Assembly: GCA_964016885.1 (NCBI GenBank)
Contig: OZ024755.1
Coordinates: 13,950,001-14,014,000 of the forward strand
Reading direction: 5' to 3'
Source of the DNA: Eledone cirrhosa
Lineage: Eukaryota
DNA: 64,000 bases
Under the pieces are notes generated by a model. The model ran no database searches, was not told the origin of the DNA, and saw nothing but the letters and a program-made list of their open reading frames with translations. The position numbers and the translations under genes are program-made. This document shows positions 27,485 through 42,860 of the stretch, one piece after another. The stretch's first letter is position 1. The number at the start of each line of letters is the position of its first letter.

Positions 27485-28700
27485 ACCCTTGTACACCACC
27501 AACTCTGCACACCCTACCACCACTAACCCCTACTCACACCTGCATTCCACCCCTCCCCACCTCCCGTATACTAACACCCACTAACACCTCTTCACCAAAC
27601 TACACACACACCAGTACACCACACTCCCTCCATATAACCACACACACCCTTCTCTCCCCGCACCACCCACACCCCCGCTCCACACTCACTCATCCCACTA
27701 ACACCCCTACTAATACACACACCCTCCTCACTCCAACTCTCACACCTACCCATCCTCGCCTCCCTACCATTCCGCCGACTGCTGCTATGCCCTTCTGACC
27801 ACCTCCCAGCACCAACTGACCACAGCACTCCCACTGCTGACCACTTCCTGTTGCGCGCGCACCCCACATCTCTCCTCTTCCGACCACTGCTTCATGGATT
27901 ACCCACACGCAGAAATTGACTTATAACCAAATCTCCAAACATCCTTGGAACTTACCAACTTTTCAACCATCCTCTTACATCATCACCTATATAACTCACC
28001 CACACACACACCCCAAACAAAAATTTTTCTCTACACGCCACCCACACCCACAACACGCTTAAACCCCACACACACGTGCTTCCCACCACATATTTACACC
28101 CTCAGCCTCCTGATTCCCCCCCCCCCCCCACCCCACCCCTCTATCCACACACGCACAGACACTCCGACCCACATAAACACCCCCCACACACACCTCTTCC
28201 TGAACATGCAACCCCGTTCTTCCCCCAACCCTCACTTTCACATACACACACACACACACACACGCACACCTACACACACACACCACCTTCAGCCCTCCCC
28301 GCTCGGACACCCCGTCTCCCTCTCCCCACTCCACCCGCCACCACCCCTACTCACCCCACACCCTTCCACCACCTGTTTACCCCCCTTTTAATTTCAGTTT
28401 ATTTTGATCATGCCTTTATTTTTAAATTTTCTCATTCCTTGTATTTTGATCATGCTTTATTTTTATTTTTTATATTTTTTGTCTTTATTTGTTAATCTTT
28501 CATTCGCACCGTTTCCTTTCGCTATATGTCTCTCCACCACTCCACTACACACCTTTTGAACTCTGTTCCCACACACTTCTCACTTGAGGAAGGGGTTATG
28601 CCCGAAACGTCGTCCCCCACCTACCCCCCACTCTCCTGAGCGTGAATTTAATAAACATTTATTGTACTGCCTCTCTGTTCTGTCCCTGTTCAAATTTTTC

Positions 28701-28703
<3 letters not shown>
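27485..28703 (+). mobile_element. Family E Penelope-like element, longer copy with C/A-rich 5' region
   Basis: Bounded by (TA)n on both sides; decayed HHR TTGAGGA-AGGGG(TTAT)GCCC-GAAACGTC at 28584-28611, then AATAAA. Confidence 0.65.
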
Positions 28704-28782
<79 letters not shown>

Positions 28783-29182
28783 TATGTGTGTGTGTATGTT
28801 TGTGTGTGTGTGTATATGATAAGGAGTTGACGGACCCAGAATCCAAACCGCAGCCCATGCCGGTCATGACTGTCTGTGACAACCGACACGGTAAAGCGAC
28901 TAGCAACTGGAACCCGATACAACTCTATCTCCCGACTAGCCACCGATTTACAAATTTTACGTGGTGGCGGGAGAATAGAAAACCAATCTTTTCGTATATA
29001 TGTATGTATATATATATGTATATATGCAATGTATTGGTGAGTAAATTTTTGTTACTATTGGTTCATCAGTTTGAGGATTCAATGGTATATCAAGCGTAAA
29101 ACTAATATATTTTTACATTGTAATGTGTCGTTTGTTTTATTGTTTCTCTTTGCCTTTTGCCTATACATATACATATACATAC

Positions 29183-29321
<139 letters not shown>

Positions 29322-30339
29322 CGTGCGTGTGTGTATGTGTGTGTGTGGGGGGGGGAATAACGTTTAGTTACTATTTGTTCATCAGTTTGAGGGCTCAATG
29401 CTGCTAATATGGGTTCGGTTGCGAATGTGGCATTCTACGTCTGGTATTTCACCGTAGCCGATATTCCTAAGAAGCAGTGTATTAATAATATTAATAACAA
29501 GGTGCTGGAACAAAGTATCAATATAGCATAGTTATGTTTATTCACATGTGACGCACCTTTCGCGATCGATCACCTCAATATACGATCGGTATTGATCGCA
29601 CCCAACTCTGGAGTTGATAGCTCATCGGAGCTGTGGGGCATACACTGTGTGTTCTGAACTCAAATCACATTGAGATCTACCTTTCCTTTCATTATTTCGC
29701 GGTCGATAAATAAAGTACTAGTAAAGTACTGTGGTTGATTTAATCGATTTCCACCCTCTTCACAAGTTGCCTTACTTTGAGCCTAATTTAAAAATCATTA
29801 TAAACATTAACTGTTTAATTTGAAATTTCTCTATTGGCGAAACTTCGAAGTAAGCTGTCAATATTTACAATAGATACTATATTGACTCTCTGAACTGAAA
29901 TTGACTCATTTATTCAGTGCAGGCTTAGTGTATTTATTACACAGACCTATAAAACATACATACATACATGCATACATACATAGATAGACACACACACATA
30001 TATATATATTTATATAAATACACACACATACATATATATGCACACATATATACACACATACACACATATAAACATACATACATACTTATTTACATGGATG
30101 CATGCATATATATATACATGTAAATATTTATGTTTGTATGTATGTGTATGTATGTATGTATATATATAAATATGTGTGAGTGTGTGTGTAAAGATTTCTG
30201 ACGTCACACCACATTTTATGGGGAGTAAACTACAGGTAAGGTCGATTGAGTCAACACGATAGGGTTTGTTTTATCGACTAAAAAGGGGAGGTTATTAAAT
30301 ACTGACAGACATTTTGTGTGCCATGTTTTCACAATATCT

Positions 30340-30843
30340 CATCCTCCTCCAACACCATCACCACTAGCACCACCACAATCAGCATCACCTCTACCAAAGC
30401 CGTCACCACCATTTTCACCACTAGCACCCCTACCACAGCCATCACCACTACCACCAACTTCACCAACAACATCAACACCACCGCTATCACCAACAACAAC
30501 AACAACAACACCAACACCCTCATCACCACCAATATTACTATCACTACCACAACCACCACCACCGCCACGATCACCACCACCACCAACGTCACAACCACTA
30601 CCACCACCACCATCACCATTACCACCACCACCACCACTGGTGTTTCATTTATTATTCATACAAATCAATTTGTGGTTTTCTGTTCTGTTTATTGTCACAG
30701 TTACTGTACTTTGTGAAATATATCATCGATGGTCACCACCATTACTACTACTACTACCACTACCACCACTACCACCATCACCACTATCACTCTCACTACT
30801 ACTACCACTACTACCACCATCACTCTCACTACTACTACTACTG

Positions 30844-30880
<37 letters not shown>

Positions 30881-30950
30881 CATCACCACCATCACTCATT
30901 AATACCACTACTGCTACTAATACTACTACTAGTAGTAATAATAATAATTG
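30340..30950. repeat. Degenerate (CAC/CAA/TAC)n low-complexity tract
   Basis: Trinucleotide repeats that generate the spurious Pro/Thr/His/Val ORFs. Confidence 0.9.
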
Positions 30951-31288
30951 TTTCTACTTTTGACACAAGGCCAGCAACTAACCAGTGTATTACTGGTACT
31001 TTATTTTATCGACCCCGTAAGGATAAAAGGCAAAGTTAACCTCGGCGAGATTTGAACTCAGTCCGTAAAGGTAGTAGTAATAATAATAATAATAATGATG
31101 ATGATGATTATGATAATGATGGCATTGACATTGTCGTTGTTGTTGTAGTGGTGGTTGTGTTGGTGGTGGTACTGGTGATGGTGATGGTGATGATGAAGTG
31201 GATGATAATATTGATAATTGTTTCAACTTTTGGCACAAGGCCAGCAATTACCCAGTGCATTACTGGTACTTTATTTTATCGACCCCGT
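30944..31288 (-). mobile_element. Two 5'-truncated SINE 3' parts (30944-31062 and 31216-31288)
   Basis: Both read cacaaggccagcaa...ccagtg.attactggtactttattttatcgaccccgt. Confidence 0.8.
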
Positions 31289-31369
31289 CGATTATATTGA
31301 TAATGATAATATTGATAATGATGCGTGAAATTACTCATTTCGAACGCCATAATGACTCACCAGCCACAA

Positions 31370-31945
31370 TATATTAACCTACTTCCCGCAACATATTAAC
31401 CCACTTCACAAAATATAGTAACATCTGGCATGATATTAACCCACTTCATACAAAATATTATTACGCCACATCACATAAAATATTAACTCATTTCTTGCAA
31501 AATATTATTACCCCACATCACATCAAATATTACCCCACACCACACACCAGATTAAACTCCATAACATATCCTAACATCAAACTTCTTTTCTTCTGTTAGA
31601 CCCGTAACTCCTGTTAGCCTTAGAGGCGCCATATTGAAATACAGCGTTCTGAGGCAGTTTTTTTTTATCTGGTGGATTGCATCTCCACTACAGATCTGAA
31701 CATATTTATCCCCTCCTAGGAAATTATGTAAGCAACTTTCACGAAATATTAATCCCACCCACTCAACATAATAACCCACCCCAAAGAAAAGAGTAATGTA
31801 ACTATCACGAAATATTATCTCCAATCCACTAAACCTATTAACCCACTCCACTCCAAAGAAAATATTAAAACAACTTTCACGAGTTATTATCTTCACATCA
31901 GACAATATATTAACCTAGTTCTGTCAATATGTTAACCCATTTCAC
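31370..31945. repeat. Degenerate minisatellite, about 20-35 bp unit
   Basis: Recurrent aatattaacccacttca-like units. Confidence 0.65.
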
Positions 31946-32341
31946 AGATTCGAGACAATCTCTTTTAACAAGACTCAATTGCTAAATCAATAACAGATGT
32001 ATTCTATACAAACGAATTTTCTAATGTGTATTCTATAAATAGAGTTGTGTTGTGTTTCTTCTTCGTCTTGCTTATGAGACTGTTGCTGTCTCAGGTTGTT
32101 ATCGTTCGTCTGATCAAGTTCAGTGATCCAATGCCCACTGCGAGTAGGTCGCAACGCGGGCCCCAGTTGTGTTTCTTATGTAGTGCATTGTAGTGCAGTG
32201 TAGTATAATGTAGTATAGTGTGGAGCGGTATAATGTAATATATTGTGTTGTTATGTGTTATATAGTGTGTTTTGTAATGTAGTCTACTGTGGCATACCGT
32301 AGTGTAATGTAGTGTATAGTGTCTGTAGTTTGCTGTTGAAA

Positions 32342-32486
32342 GGCGGTGAATTGGCAGAGTCGTTAGAACGTCGAATAGATTGCTTTGCGGTATTCTCTGC
32401 TCTCTGAGTCCAAATCCCGCTGAGGTCAACATTGTTTTTCATCCTTTCGAGGTCAATTAAAAGGTACCAGCTTATTACTGGGGTCG
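32342..32486 (+). mobile_element. tRNA-derived SINE (major family)
   Basis: ggcggtgaattggcagagtcgttagaacg...ctgagtccaaatcccgctgaggtcaac. Confidence 0.8.
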
Positions 32487-33430
32487 CTTCTTCCTCTAAA
32501 TCTCAATAAGGATATAAATGACAACAGCGATATCAACTATCATTTTTTCAATAGCAACAACAATAACAACATTAGCAGCAACAGTATCAACAATAGCAAC
32601 ATTAACGGCATTCAAAATAGCACCACGAACATCGGCAACAATATCGACGACAATAACAACAACAGCAATATCAACAGTAACAGCAATAGCGACAGCATTA
32701 ATGACATTGAGAATAGCAACGCCAATATTGGCAACAATATCGACGACAATAACAACAAGAATAACACCATCAATAACAAAAAAAAAGTGACGTTAGAGAG
32801 TCTTGGAGAGTGAAATAAGTTAGCCTTATTTATCCTCTCTGCTGTCGTTATTGACGATTATTTTTGGTGTCGTATTGGTCATCGATACTTGCAAACATAT
32901 CTTATTTTGGCTGACACACTAGATCAATGTTCTATCGATTATATATCGATTTCTGTGGTTGTGTGCTGTTGTTATTACAGTAGGAGACACAGTGTCTTTC
33001 TAGGCCTGATACCGATACTTACATTGAGTCAGGTTTTTGACTAAGTAGTGCGTGAGTGTGTGTGTCTGTCTGTGTGTGTGGATGGGGACCACCTACCTAA
33101 AGATCATACGATATCCCAACAGATATTCACTATTCAATAGCAACTGATCGATATCTTATAATATCAGTTCCTTTCGATAAACGATCCACGTGACTACCAC
33201 TTAACGAAATAATATTGATTTCTATAGAAAGACATGAAACCTGAAATTTGTTGGAGTCCCAAAGAAATACATATATAAAACCTGGTGCTGTTCCTGGTTA
33301 CTGTTAATTTTATTGCTTTTTTTCTGTCATTCTTTCTTTTCTAAATACATTAATCTCTGTAAGTGAATTGTAATCGAGTCGCTGCCTCAAATCCCTCGGC
33401 ATTTACCTCGATACTATTTCATTCACTAAA

Positions 33431-33820
33431 GATTGGCAGAATCGTTTGACCGTCGGACAAACTGCCTTGCAATATTTGTTACAAGTCTTTACGTTCTGAA
33501 TTTAAATCCCGCAGGGGTCAGCTCTTCTTCGCATCCTTCCGAGTCAGTTCGATGCATTAAATTACAAGTTAATCCCTGGGGCTGATTTAATTGACTTAAT
33601 CTTTCTCCACCCCCATCCGCTAATTTACCTATACCTAAATTAAAAACCATTATTAAGACCCCACAGAGGTCAGTCGGTAGAGCATCAGATTTTTAATTAG
33701 AGGCTCGCGTGGCCATGTCTCTTATTATGACAAACAAAATCCTGTGGGATTCTTTGCGTTCTGGGTTCAAATCGTGTCGAGCTCGATTTTGCCTTTTCTT
33801 CTTCGATAAAAATAAAATAC
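33431..33820 (+). mobile_element. Two adjacent decayed SINEs
   Basis: Heads gattggcagaatcgtt and cgtggccatg...ctgggttcaaatcgtgtcgag. Confidence 0.6.
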
Positions 33821-34060
33821 CAATAAAATACAAATATAGAGAGGAAAGACAAAATCATACAAAACAAAAATATAAGATCTTCCAACAGGCAAGCAGCCAC
33901 CTATAACCAATCAACAAATCCGAGTTTTAGAATTATATTGAATATTAAGGCTGAATGCCATCCCTCATATGTATTATATGACTAATAGTCAGATGCTAAG
34001 AGTAGGCTGATTCTCGCCATTACCAATAGCAGGAACGATATTAGCGAGTTAGCGAGATTA

Positions 34061-34243
34061 ATAATTGTTTCTACTATTGGCACAAGGCCAGAAATAACCC
34101 AGTACATTACTGGTACTTTATTTTATCGACCCCGTAAGGATGAAAGGCAAAGTTAACCTCGGCGGGATTTGAACTCAGAATAGCAAGGGCCGTAACTCTA
34201 TGCATCAAAGCATGGCGTCCGACCCTCTACCGATACTGCCAAT
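34061..34243 (-). mobile_element. tRNA-derived SINE, young subfamily
   Basis: Highly similar to 44288-44431 (+) and 62098-62285 (-). Confidence 0.85.
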
Positions 34244-34260
34244 TAATAATGTCAACAAAA

Positions 34261-34805
<545 letters not shown>

Positions 34806-34868
34806 GGACTGAACAAAAAAAAATGGCGTAGACATACAACACAACAGGAGGAACAATGAATATAACAC

Positions 34869-34906
34869 CACTGACGATGTTGCAGATGTGCAACGAAAGA
34901 TTTATG
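34869..34906 (+). ncRNA. Type I hammerhead-like motif
   Basis: CTGACGA-t-GTTGCA(GATG)TGCAAC-GAAA-GATT-TA; 6-bp stem II, weak stem I. Confidence 0.55.
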
Positions 34907-35116
34907 TAAACTATATATATATGTGTTTGTCTATATTGTATCTGTATTATTTTATTTTTGACCGCCGGTCAGTCAATGGCAACATTGAGGACCGAGTAAG
35001 TTAGATCGCAGATATATATATATAAAAGACAGCGAGAAGCGAAAACCAACCAAACAGTGAGTGTGTTCTGTTATTAATTCTGGCAATATTACGCAAATAT
35101 GACCCTCCCCAAATAT

Positions 35117-35167
<51 letters not shown>

Positions 35168-35182
35168 TATATATATATATAT

Positions 35183-35536
<354 letters not shown>

Positions 35537-35853
35537 TAAAATAAAATAAATAAGTCAAATCTTTAAAATTTGGCTTCGTTTATTACTGCTATATATATTT
35601 CGGTGACAGCCGAATTAGTGTGGTACAGACGAGTACACATGTTGTTGAGGTGTATAACTTTGTCAATACTCTGATATGCCCAGTTCCTGGTTGGGTTGTT
35701 ATTTCATTGAGGAACTGGAAGCCAAATTTTAAACATTTGACTTATTTATTTTATTTTATTTTACATTACTCCGAAGTAACCAAACCAACCTGCGCACTTC
35801 ATCGAGTGCTCCAATCTGCATACTGAGGTGTTGGTATACAACCAACATATACT

Positions 35854-35903
<50 letters not shown>

Positions 35904-36210
35904 ATATATTATATATATGTATATATATATATCACATATATATATATGTATATATGTATATATGTATATATATGTATATATATGTATATATACATACACA
36001 CATACACACATATATATATGTATATGTGTGTGTATATATGTATATATATATATGTCTATATACGTGTGTGTGTCCAGTAATCGACCACTGAATCAACACC
36101 AATAAACTACATTCACACAACCGACTAAATACACATGTGCTTTCTCTCGAAAAAAATTTCGTTTCTTCCTCTTCCTATTCTCATCTATCTTTCTTCTTTA
36201 ACTCCCATTG

Positions 36211-36249
36211 TATCTTCTGACAAAGGATTAAGTCTGAAATGTTAAGATA
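36211..36249 (+). ncRNA. CpG-decayed minimal hammerhead in an old Penelope-like 3' end
   Basis: TATCTT-CTGACAA-AGGA(TTAAG)TCT-GAAATGTT-AAGATA; 6-bp stem I; the deviations are CpG-type transitions. Related remnant near 27200-27230. Confidence 0.55.
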
Positions 36250-36969
36250 TTTGTCTTATTATATCAACTGTTGAAGTAATATATATCTTCCTTGTGCCGT
36301 ATCGTGTCCCTGTGTTGTTATTTATTCGTTTGCTCTTCGCACGCACACACACACATTCAACAATCTAATAAAAAGATAGATCGCTTTTTTTTGTTATTCA
36401 AAAGAAGCAAAAAGAAAATTTCACAACGGCGATTTTTTTCTGATTTTCATTCTGTTCGTGCGGCACATATTTCAAGCTTCTTCTAATTTCTAATTCAGTT
36501 TAAATGTTCAAAAATTGTTCCAATACTTACATTTATCTCTCCTGTAAGCTCTATACTATTTGTAGTCTTCTATTCACCGTCGATTATAGTAGAAGGACCC
36601 CTGCTACCTTCTTTATATTCAAGAATGAATTCATCATGAGGGAATATTTTGGAAACAAGAGTTGACTGCGTTCATTAATATTTCCTTGATCCCAAACTTT
36701 CACGTTTCTAGTTGTCTGTGATCTATTGTGGCCGAGTTTGAACTCATATAAATATATTTGCTGAAAATAATGTTTTGAAATGTTAAATATAATTTATATT
36801 AAGAATAAATTACATAGAAAGAACATAAAATAAACTATACAATGAAACATAATTTTACACACATTGCGTGAGTATTTTTAAATATAAAACTATGCATATA
36901 CATATATATATATATATATTTATTTATTTATATCTATAATTGGTATGCTGGTTTCCGAGTGACATCGGT

Positions 36970-37117
36970 GGTTAACCACAGTAAAAGAAAAGGTACTCAA
37001 TACGTCGGTAGAGTATAGACATCTTTATTAAATATTAAAATGACTTCTACAGACCTAGTTTCATTCGTATGAAAGAGTTCTAGTCCTGTAGATGTCATTT
37101 CTATATCTGATAAAGAT
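36970..37117. mobile_element. Family D element with inverted repeat
   Basis: atctttatta..aaatgacttctacag / ctgtagatgtcattt..tgataaagat, adjacent to (TA)n. Confidence 0.6.
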
Positions 37118-37797
37118 TATATATATATATATATATATACGGCAGCTGTCGTTAGATCGATAAAAACTACTGGCCACCTCCTAGTGACACACTTATCTCG
37201 TGCTTCCATCACATCACTATCCACGAGACAACACACCGAGAGAGAGGAAGAACTGTATGATCCTCCCAACAGTGTGCGCTTCAAATCCAATGATGGGACC
37301 CGACTTCAGGATGTAGCTCCTTATGTATTCACTAATCTAATCGGCTACATCCGGATGTTAGCTCGGCTCAAAATAATCATATACTTAATTTCTGTTCAGA
37401 ACTGGATGAGTAATTAATTTTGTTTCTGTGTGTGTAGGTATGTATGCACCAAGGCATATATGTATGTACGTATATTTTTGTGTATATATATATATATATA
37501 TGTGTGTGTATGTGTGTGTGTGTGCGCGCGGTGCGCGCGAGCGCGCGTGTGTGTGTATTCCATACATATCTATAGAAGTATATGTATATATATATGATAA
37601 ACTTATATCTGGATAAATATTTGTGTATATGTGTTTGTATTTATCGATAGATGTTTGGATGTAAATATGAATGTATATTTGCATATAGAAAAAATAAACA
37701 GATAGGTAGATTGTTTGGTTGAGAAGTTGACACATAAGTATTTATATATATATATTTGTGTTTTGTGTGAGTGCGTGTATGTGTCATTTGGCATGTT

Positions 37798-37886
<89 letters not shown>

Positions 37887-38144
37887 TTCTCTCTCTCCCT
37901 CTCTCTGTATATATATATATATATACACACACACGCATTCACTTACAAAGACAATGTCAATGACATCCATAATCAAACTTATTCCCCTCCATACACATTA
38001 CTACAGACAACATTCGAGTTTCAAATCTCCAACCCAAAGTGATCCGAAGTTATTCCGCCTTTCACATCAAATTTCGGCACTGTTCTCTAGTTGGATTAAC
38101 AAGTAAATTCCACATTATTGTCTACTAATTGGGAATACAAAAAT

Positions 38145-38300
38145 GGCATGTAGGTTAAGAAGTTCACCTCGCAGTCTTGCAGTCTAATTTATATCCAACT
38201 GCGTGGCAGCTTGGTCAAATCTCTTTACCTTTGCCTCGGATCAACCCGAGCCTCGCGAGTGAAACTGGGTAAATAGAAACTGTGTTGTAGTCCATCTGAT
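38145..38300 (+). mobile_element. Second SINE family, decayed
   Basis: tggcatgtaggttaagaagttc...cttggtcaa...gagcctcgcgagtg...agaaactg. Confidence 0.55.
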
Positions 38301-39116
38301 TGGCTGTACCAACAATTGGAAGGTTCAGCTTTGCCCCATACTGTCTCACACTGATACGATTAGACAGTTACGTTAATGATACAAGAATTGAACTTTCAAT
38401 TTCTTGAACAAATGAATGTTCATCGTCGAAATTGATGAAGGATCGATCAGGTCATCGTCACTAACTGATACCTTTATCTAGAATGTTTAACGAGGTGCCA
38501 CACTGTCAATGTTCTACATTACATGGTTCAATGACCAAGTATATCCCATTGATCTAGTTTTTTTATCTTTATCTTTCTCTCGCTCTCTCTCGCTCTCATC
38601 CCTCCCTCTCACACATACACTTACATACATACACACACACACTGGCTTGAGGCCATTCCAGTGTGTCTATGGAAACCAACTAACAATTCTTGACGATGTC
38701 GCTTCCTCTCTAACAATGAAACTAAGACCGATAGTTACATTAACATTAAGAACGGACTAATAGAGAAAAGGGGGAGCTCGGGAGAGGGGGGAGAAAGCGA
38801 GAGAGAGATAGGGAGGGAGAAAGGAAGATAGCGTGTGTATGGGAAAGACTATGTTGGAGGGATAGAGGTAGTAGGAGGAGACTGAAGGAAGCTGGCAAAG
38901 TTTTAAAGAAACTAAGAAATTCACAGGAAACACAGGAAGACATGAAACGGAGTTAAAGAAAAATACAAGTCTCAACAATGGAATTTGTTTGGTTTATTTT
39001 TGTTGTTGTTTTTTGGTATGTTTAGTTGGTATTAAGTCAAGGAGGAGAGAGCGCGGAGAGATAGAGCGAGAGGAATAGTGAGACAGAGACAGTTGTGTTT
39101 ACTGAGATGTTTAGTG

Positions 39117-39172
<56 letters not shown>

Positions 39173-39214
39173 GCGAAACATAAGTCAATTGCATGAACTC
39201 ATAATCCTTTATTT

Positions 39215-39270
39215 ACTGCTATATATATTTCGATGATAGCCATTGAATGGCTATGACCTCATCAGGCAGT
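39215..39270 (-). ncRNA. Type I hammerhead ribozyme with palindromic stem III
   Basis: ACTGC-CTGATGA-GGT-C-ATAGCCAT(TCA)ATGGCTAT-C-ATC-GAA-ATATATAT-A-GCAGT, then AATAAA and a tail to (TA)n. A related 3' half lies at 35585-35612. Confidence 0.85.
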
Positions 39271-40893
39271 TAGTCAGTTCTTAGATATGCCAGCTCTGTG
39301 TGTATAGTGTTGATGGTATCAGAGCCTTGGGACATTTCCCGATCTTAGTACGGCTGTTACTTAAATATAAGTAGGTACACGTACATACAGATATGTATAC
39401 AGACGTACAGTAATATGTATATATATATATATACATACATGCACACATATATATATATGTACGTATGGATTCACCAAATATTTATTATAATGCTCGGTGT
39501 GTTTGTAAACAAACATCCCGTATTAAGCCGCAGTGTCTAGCAACCATCGTTGCTCGTTTGTTCAAAGCTGTACTAGTTTCAAGCTTATTAGCTATCGTCA
39601 GCAACATATACCTTCCTGCCAGATTGCTGAACGTATATACTTACCTTAGAAAAAAGCACCTTCTTAATGTACGAATTAAAATGAAGTCATTTTCCTCTTC
39701 CTTTGAAATCAGAACGTAAAGACCCTGAACGAACATGGTAAAGAATTTTGATCAACGTGTTACTGCTTTTGACCATACACTGACTTTAATAAAAGTACCT
39801 AAATTGGGTAAAAGTGTTAGTCAATTATATCAACCTGGTACTTGCCTGGTACTTTATTATATCGATCCCAGATGGACAAAATGAGGTAGCTTTTTTTGTG
39901 TGACTTTTGTTCTTTTTTTTTTCATACACCTTTTTATGGCCTATACGAATAAAGCTACTGCTGCATCTTATTGTTTAGTTAAAAAAAGAATTGTCCCTTT
40001 TATTCTGTAGAAATTTTATATTCTTCTGCGATCGCCTTGATAATAGGTCGTCGCACATTTCATTTTATACTGTATAACTTCATACTTTTATTCTTTAAGG
40101 TAGTTTACTTGATGTATCGGGTTAAATTTGCAGTTTATAACCGCCAGGCTTCAATTCACGATTCCCTAATGTCACTATATGATTCTAACTATTTCTACGT
40201 AAATCTTTCTTTTCTTGAATACCAAATACAACCGGAGGGATATGTATCAGTTCGCTTGATTTAACAGCCAGCTATATACGTATCAATCCGCTTGATTTAA
40301 ACCGCAAAAATAAAAGGAATAATAAATACAAAGGATTTTCACCTTAAATCGTTAATGTTTTATGTTAGGTAATTGTTACTCCAGTGTTATTTTACATAAA
40401 ATATGGGGAATTTGAAGCGATTAAGCAATGACTACAATGTGAGAAAGGAGAAGAGATTGAAAAAAAACTGGAAAGCGGAAATAGGAAGAGATAGAATAAT
40501 GGTGAGGGAAATGAATAGTGGATAACTTAGTTTAAGGTAAGAAAGGGTAGAATAAAAACACGAATGGTGAACAAAGAAACGAAGCAGTTTAAGTATTAAA
40601 AAAATAGAAAAAATTCAGGGGAAAATGTGAGTGAATTGATGAATGATAAAAGAATTGTGGATGAATACAAGAAGGAAAGAAGGAAAGCAGAAGGAAAAGT
40701 AAGAAGGAAAGGGATAAAGAAAGAAACTTTGATTAACATATTAAGAATTTCATAATTTTCCTTAGCATGTCACACCATGAATAACCAACGTGAAAAAAAT
40801 AGTCTGTCAAAAATCTACGTCATATAAATATGTGTGTGTTTATAAACACACACATTTACATAAATATTTATATACACGTACACACACAGACAG

Positions 40894-40967
<74 letters not shown>

Positions 40968-41034
40968 AGAAAATATCCGTAGGCGTGAAAAGGGAAAAAG
41001 GAAAACTGTTCAATCAGGGATGAGAGCTGATAAA

Positions 41035-41241
41035 TTATATTATTTATTAATGTTCATACACTAAATAAAAGCAGTACCTAAGGTTTCAAGGCCCAATATT
41101 GAACATGACTCCAGATTGTAAGAGGGTTCAAAACTCATCTAAGCGCCTGAAGTCATTGGTCACAATCTGGAGATATGGTCAATTTTGGGGCCTTGAAACC
41201 TTAAGCACTTTTGTTCCGTGATGAACATTGATAAATAATAT

Positions 41242-41243
<2 letters not shown>
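41035..41243. mobile_element. Inverted-repeat element with HHR 3' half
   Basis: Imperfect arms about 41035-41119 / 41161-41243; minus strand of the left arm reads GGGCCTT-GAA-ACCT-T-AGGT-A. Confidence 0.6.
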
Positions 41244-41315
<72 letters not shown>

Positions 41316-42033
41316 TGCGTGCGTGCGTGCGTGTGTGTTGTGTGTGTGTGTATGTGTGTGTATAAATATATGTATAAATGTATATGTACACGCACACACA
41401 CATATGTACATGCATATATATCCATAAATGTATATGTACGTATATATATATATGTGTGTGTGCATGTATGTATTATTAAAACTCATTTCTGTGAATAAAT
41501 TTCTATTTCTTTTTTTAAGGGTTAATTTCAGTAATTCGAACTCTCTTTGTAAAGCATTTTACACACACATGAAACATATTTAAGGCGTTGGTGTTTCGAC
41601 TGCGTTTGTATATCCTAGCTTTTAACACCAGGTTATATATAAAATATAAAATTCTCTAAGGGGTAGAGAAAGATTTTGGAAGAGTCAAAATTCTAATGAA
41701 ATAGAATGATATAAAAGATCATTTTAAGAGCGATAAGCGTAAGATAACTTCCACGTTTATCGGATTTCAAATTTAACTGTCTTAATCAGCATGTGGGTGG
41801 TGGTAAAAACAGTATGTCATCAGCAATGACTACCCATTAACCTTCCTTGGCCGCAGGTATATAAACGAACTGAGGAGTTTTATAGACGTACGGCTCTTTA
41901 AAATTTCACCATCTTTTAAAACAGAGGTCTTGATAATAAATTACGCAATTCACTTTCAGCCGTTCAGAAGTCATATAACCTAAGAAATGCAATTTTATAT
42001 TCTGCCTCACTCACTCTCTTTCTTTCTTTCTTC

Positions 42034-42136
<103 letters not shown>

Positions 42137-42139
42137 GAG

Positions 42140-42382
42140 ACTGAGAGAGAAAGATAGGTAGATAGAGAAAAAGAGAGAGAGAGGTCGAAATAAAAGATCT
42201 GTGTGTACATATATATATCATATATATATGTATATAAATATAAAATGTATGTACGTTTGTATATTTATTGTAAACACTTTTCATTTAGGTCTTTGGGCAT
42301 AATTTTTATTCAGTATGTTGATTTTATTCAGTTTTTATTTATTTTGACTTAACCTCTCAATCGTCACTTCTCTCGTTTTGTT

Positions 42383-42452
<70 letters not shown>

Positions 42453-42695
42453 AACAAAACGAGAGAAGTGACGATTGAGAGGTTAAGTCAAAATAAATAA
42501 AAACTGAATAAAATCAACATGCTGAATAAAAATTATGCCCAAAGACCTAAATGAAAAGTGTTTACAATAAATATACAAACGTACATGCATTTTATATTTA
42601 TATACATATATATATGATATATATATATGTATACACAGATCTTTTATTTCGACCTCTCTCTCTCTTTTTCTCTATCTACCTATCTTTCTCTCTCA

Positions 42696-42697
<2 letters not shown>
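42140..42697. repeat. 558-bp palindrome centred on (TA)33
   Basis: Arms 42140-42384 and 42451-42697 differ by 3 substitutions and one TA unit. Confidence 0.95.
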
Positions 42698-42729
<32 letters not shown>

Positions 42730-42807
42730 CGTTTCTGAATTTGTTTAGCAAGATTCTTTATCTGAAATCGTGTGTTTCTTATTGGCAACATGACCCTCCC
42801 AAAGTAT

Positions 42808-42856
<49 letters not shown>

Positions 42857-42860
<4 letters not shown>

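Noticed and set aside
27394-28495. Pro/His/Thr-rich ORFs
   Set aside because: Caused by the C/A strand skew of the family E element; no RT or endonuclease motifs.
30316-31039. Extensin/mucin-like Pro-, Thr- or His-rich ORFs
   Set aside because: Degenerate trinucleotide repeats open in several frames, running into SINE tails.
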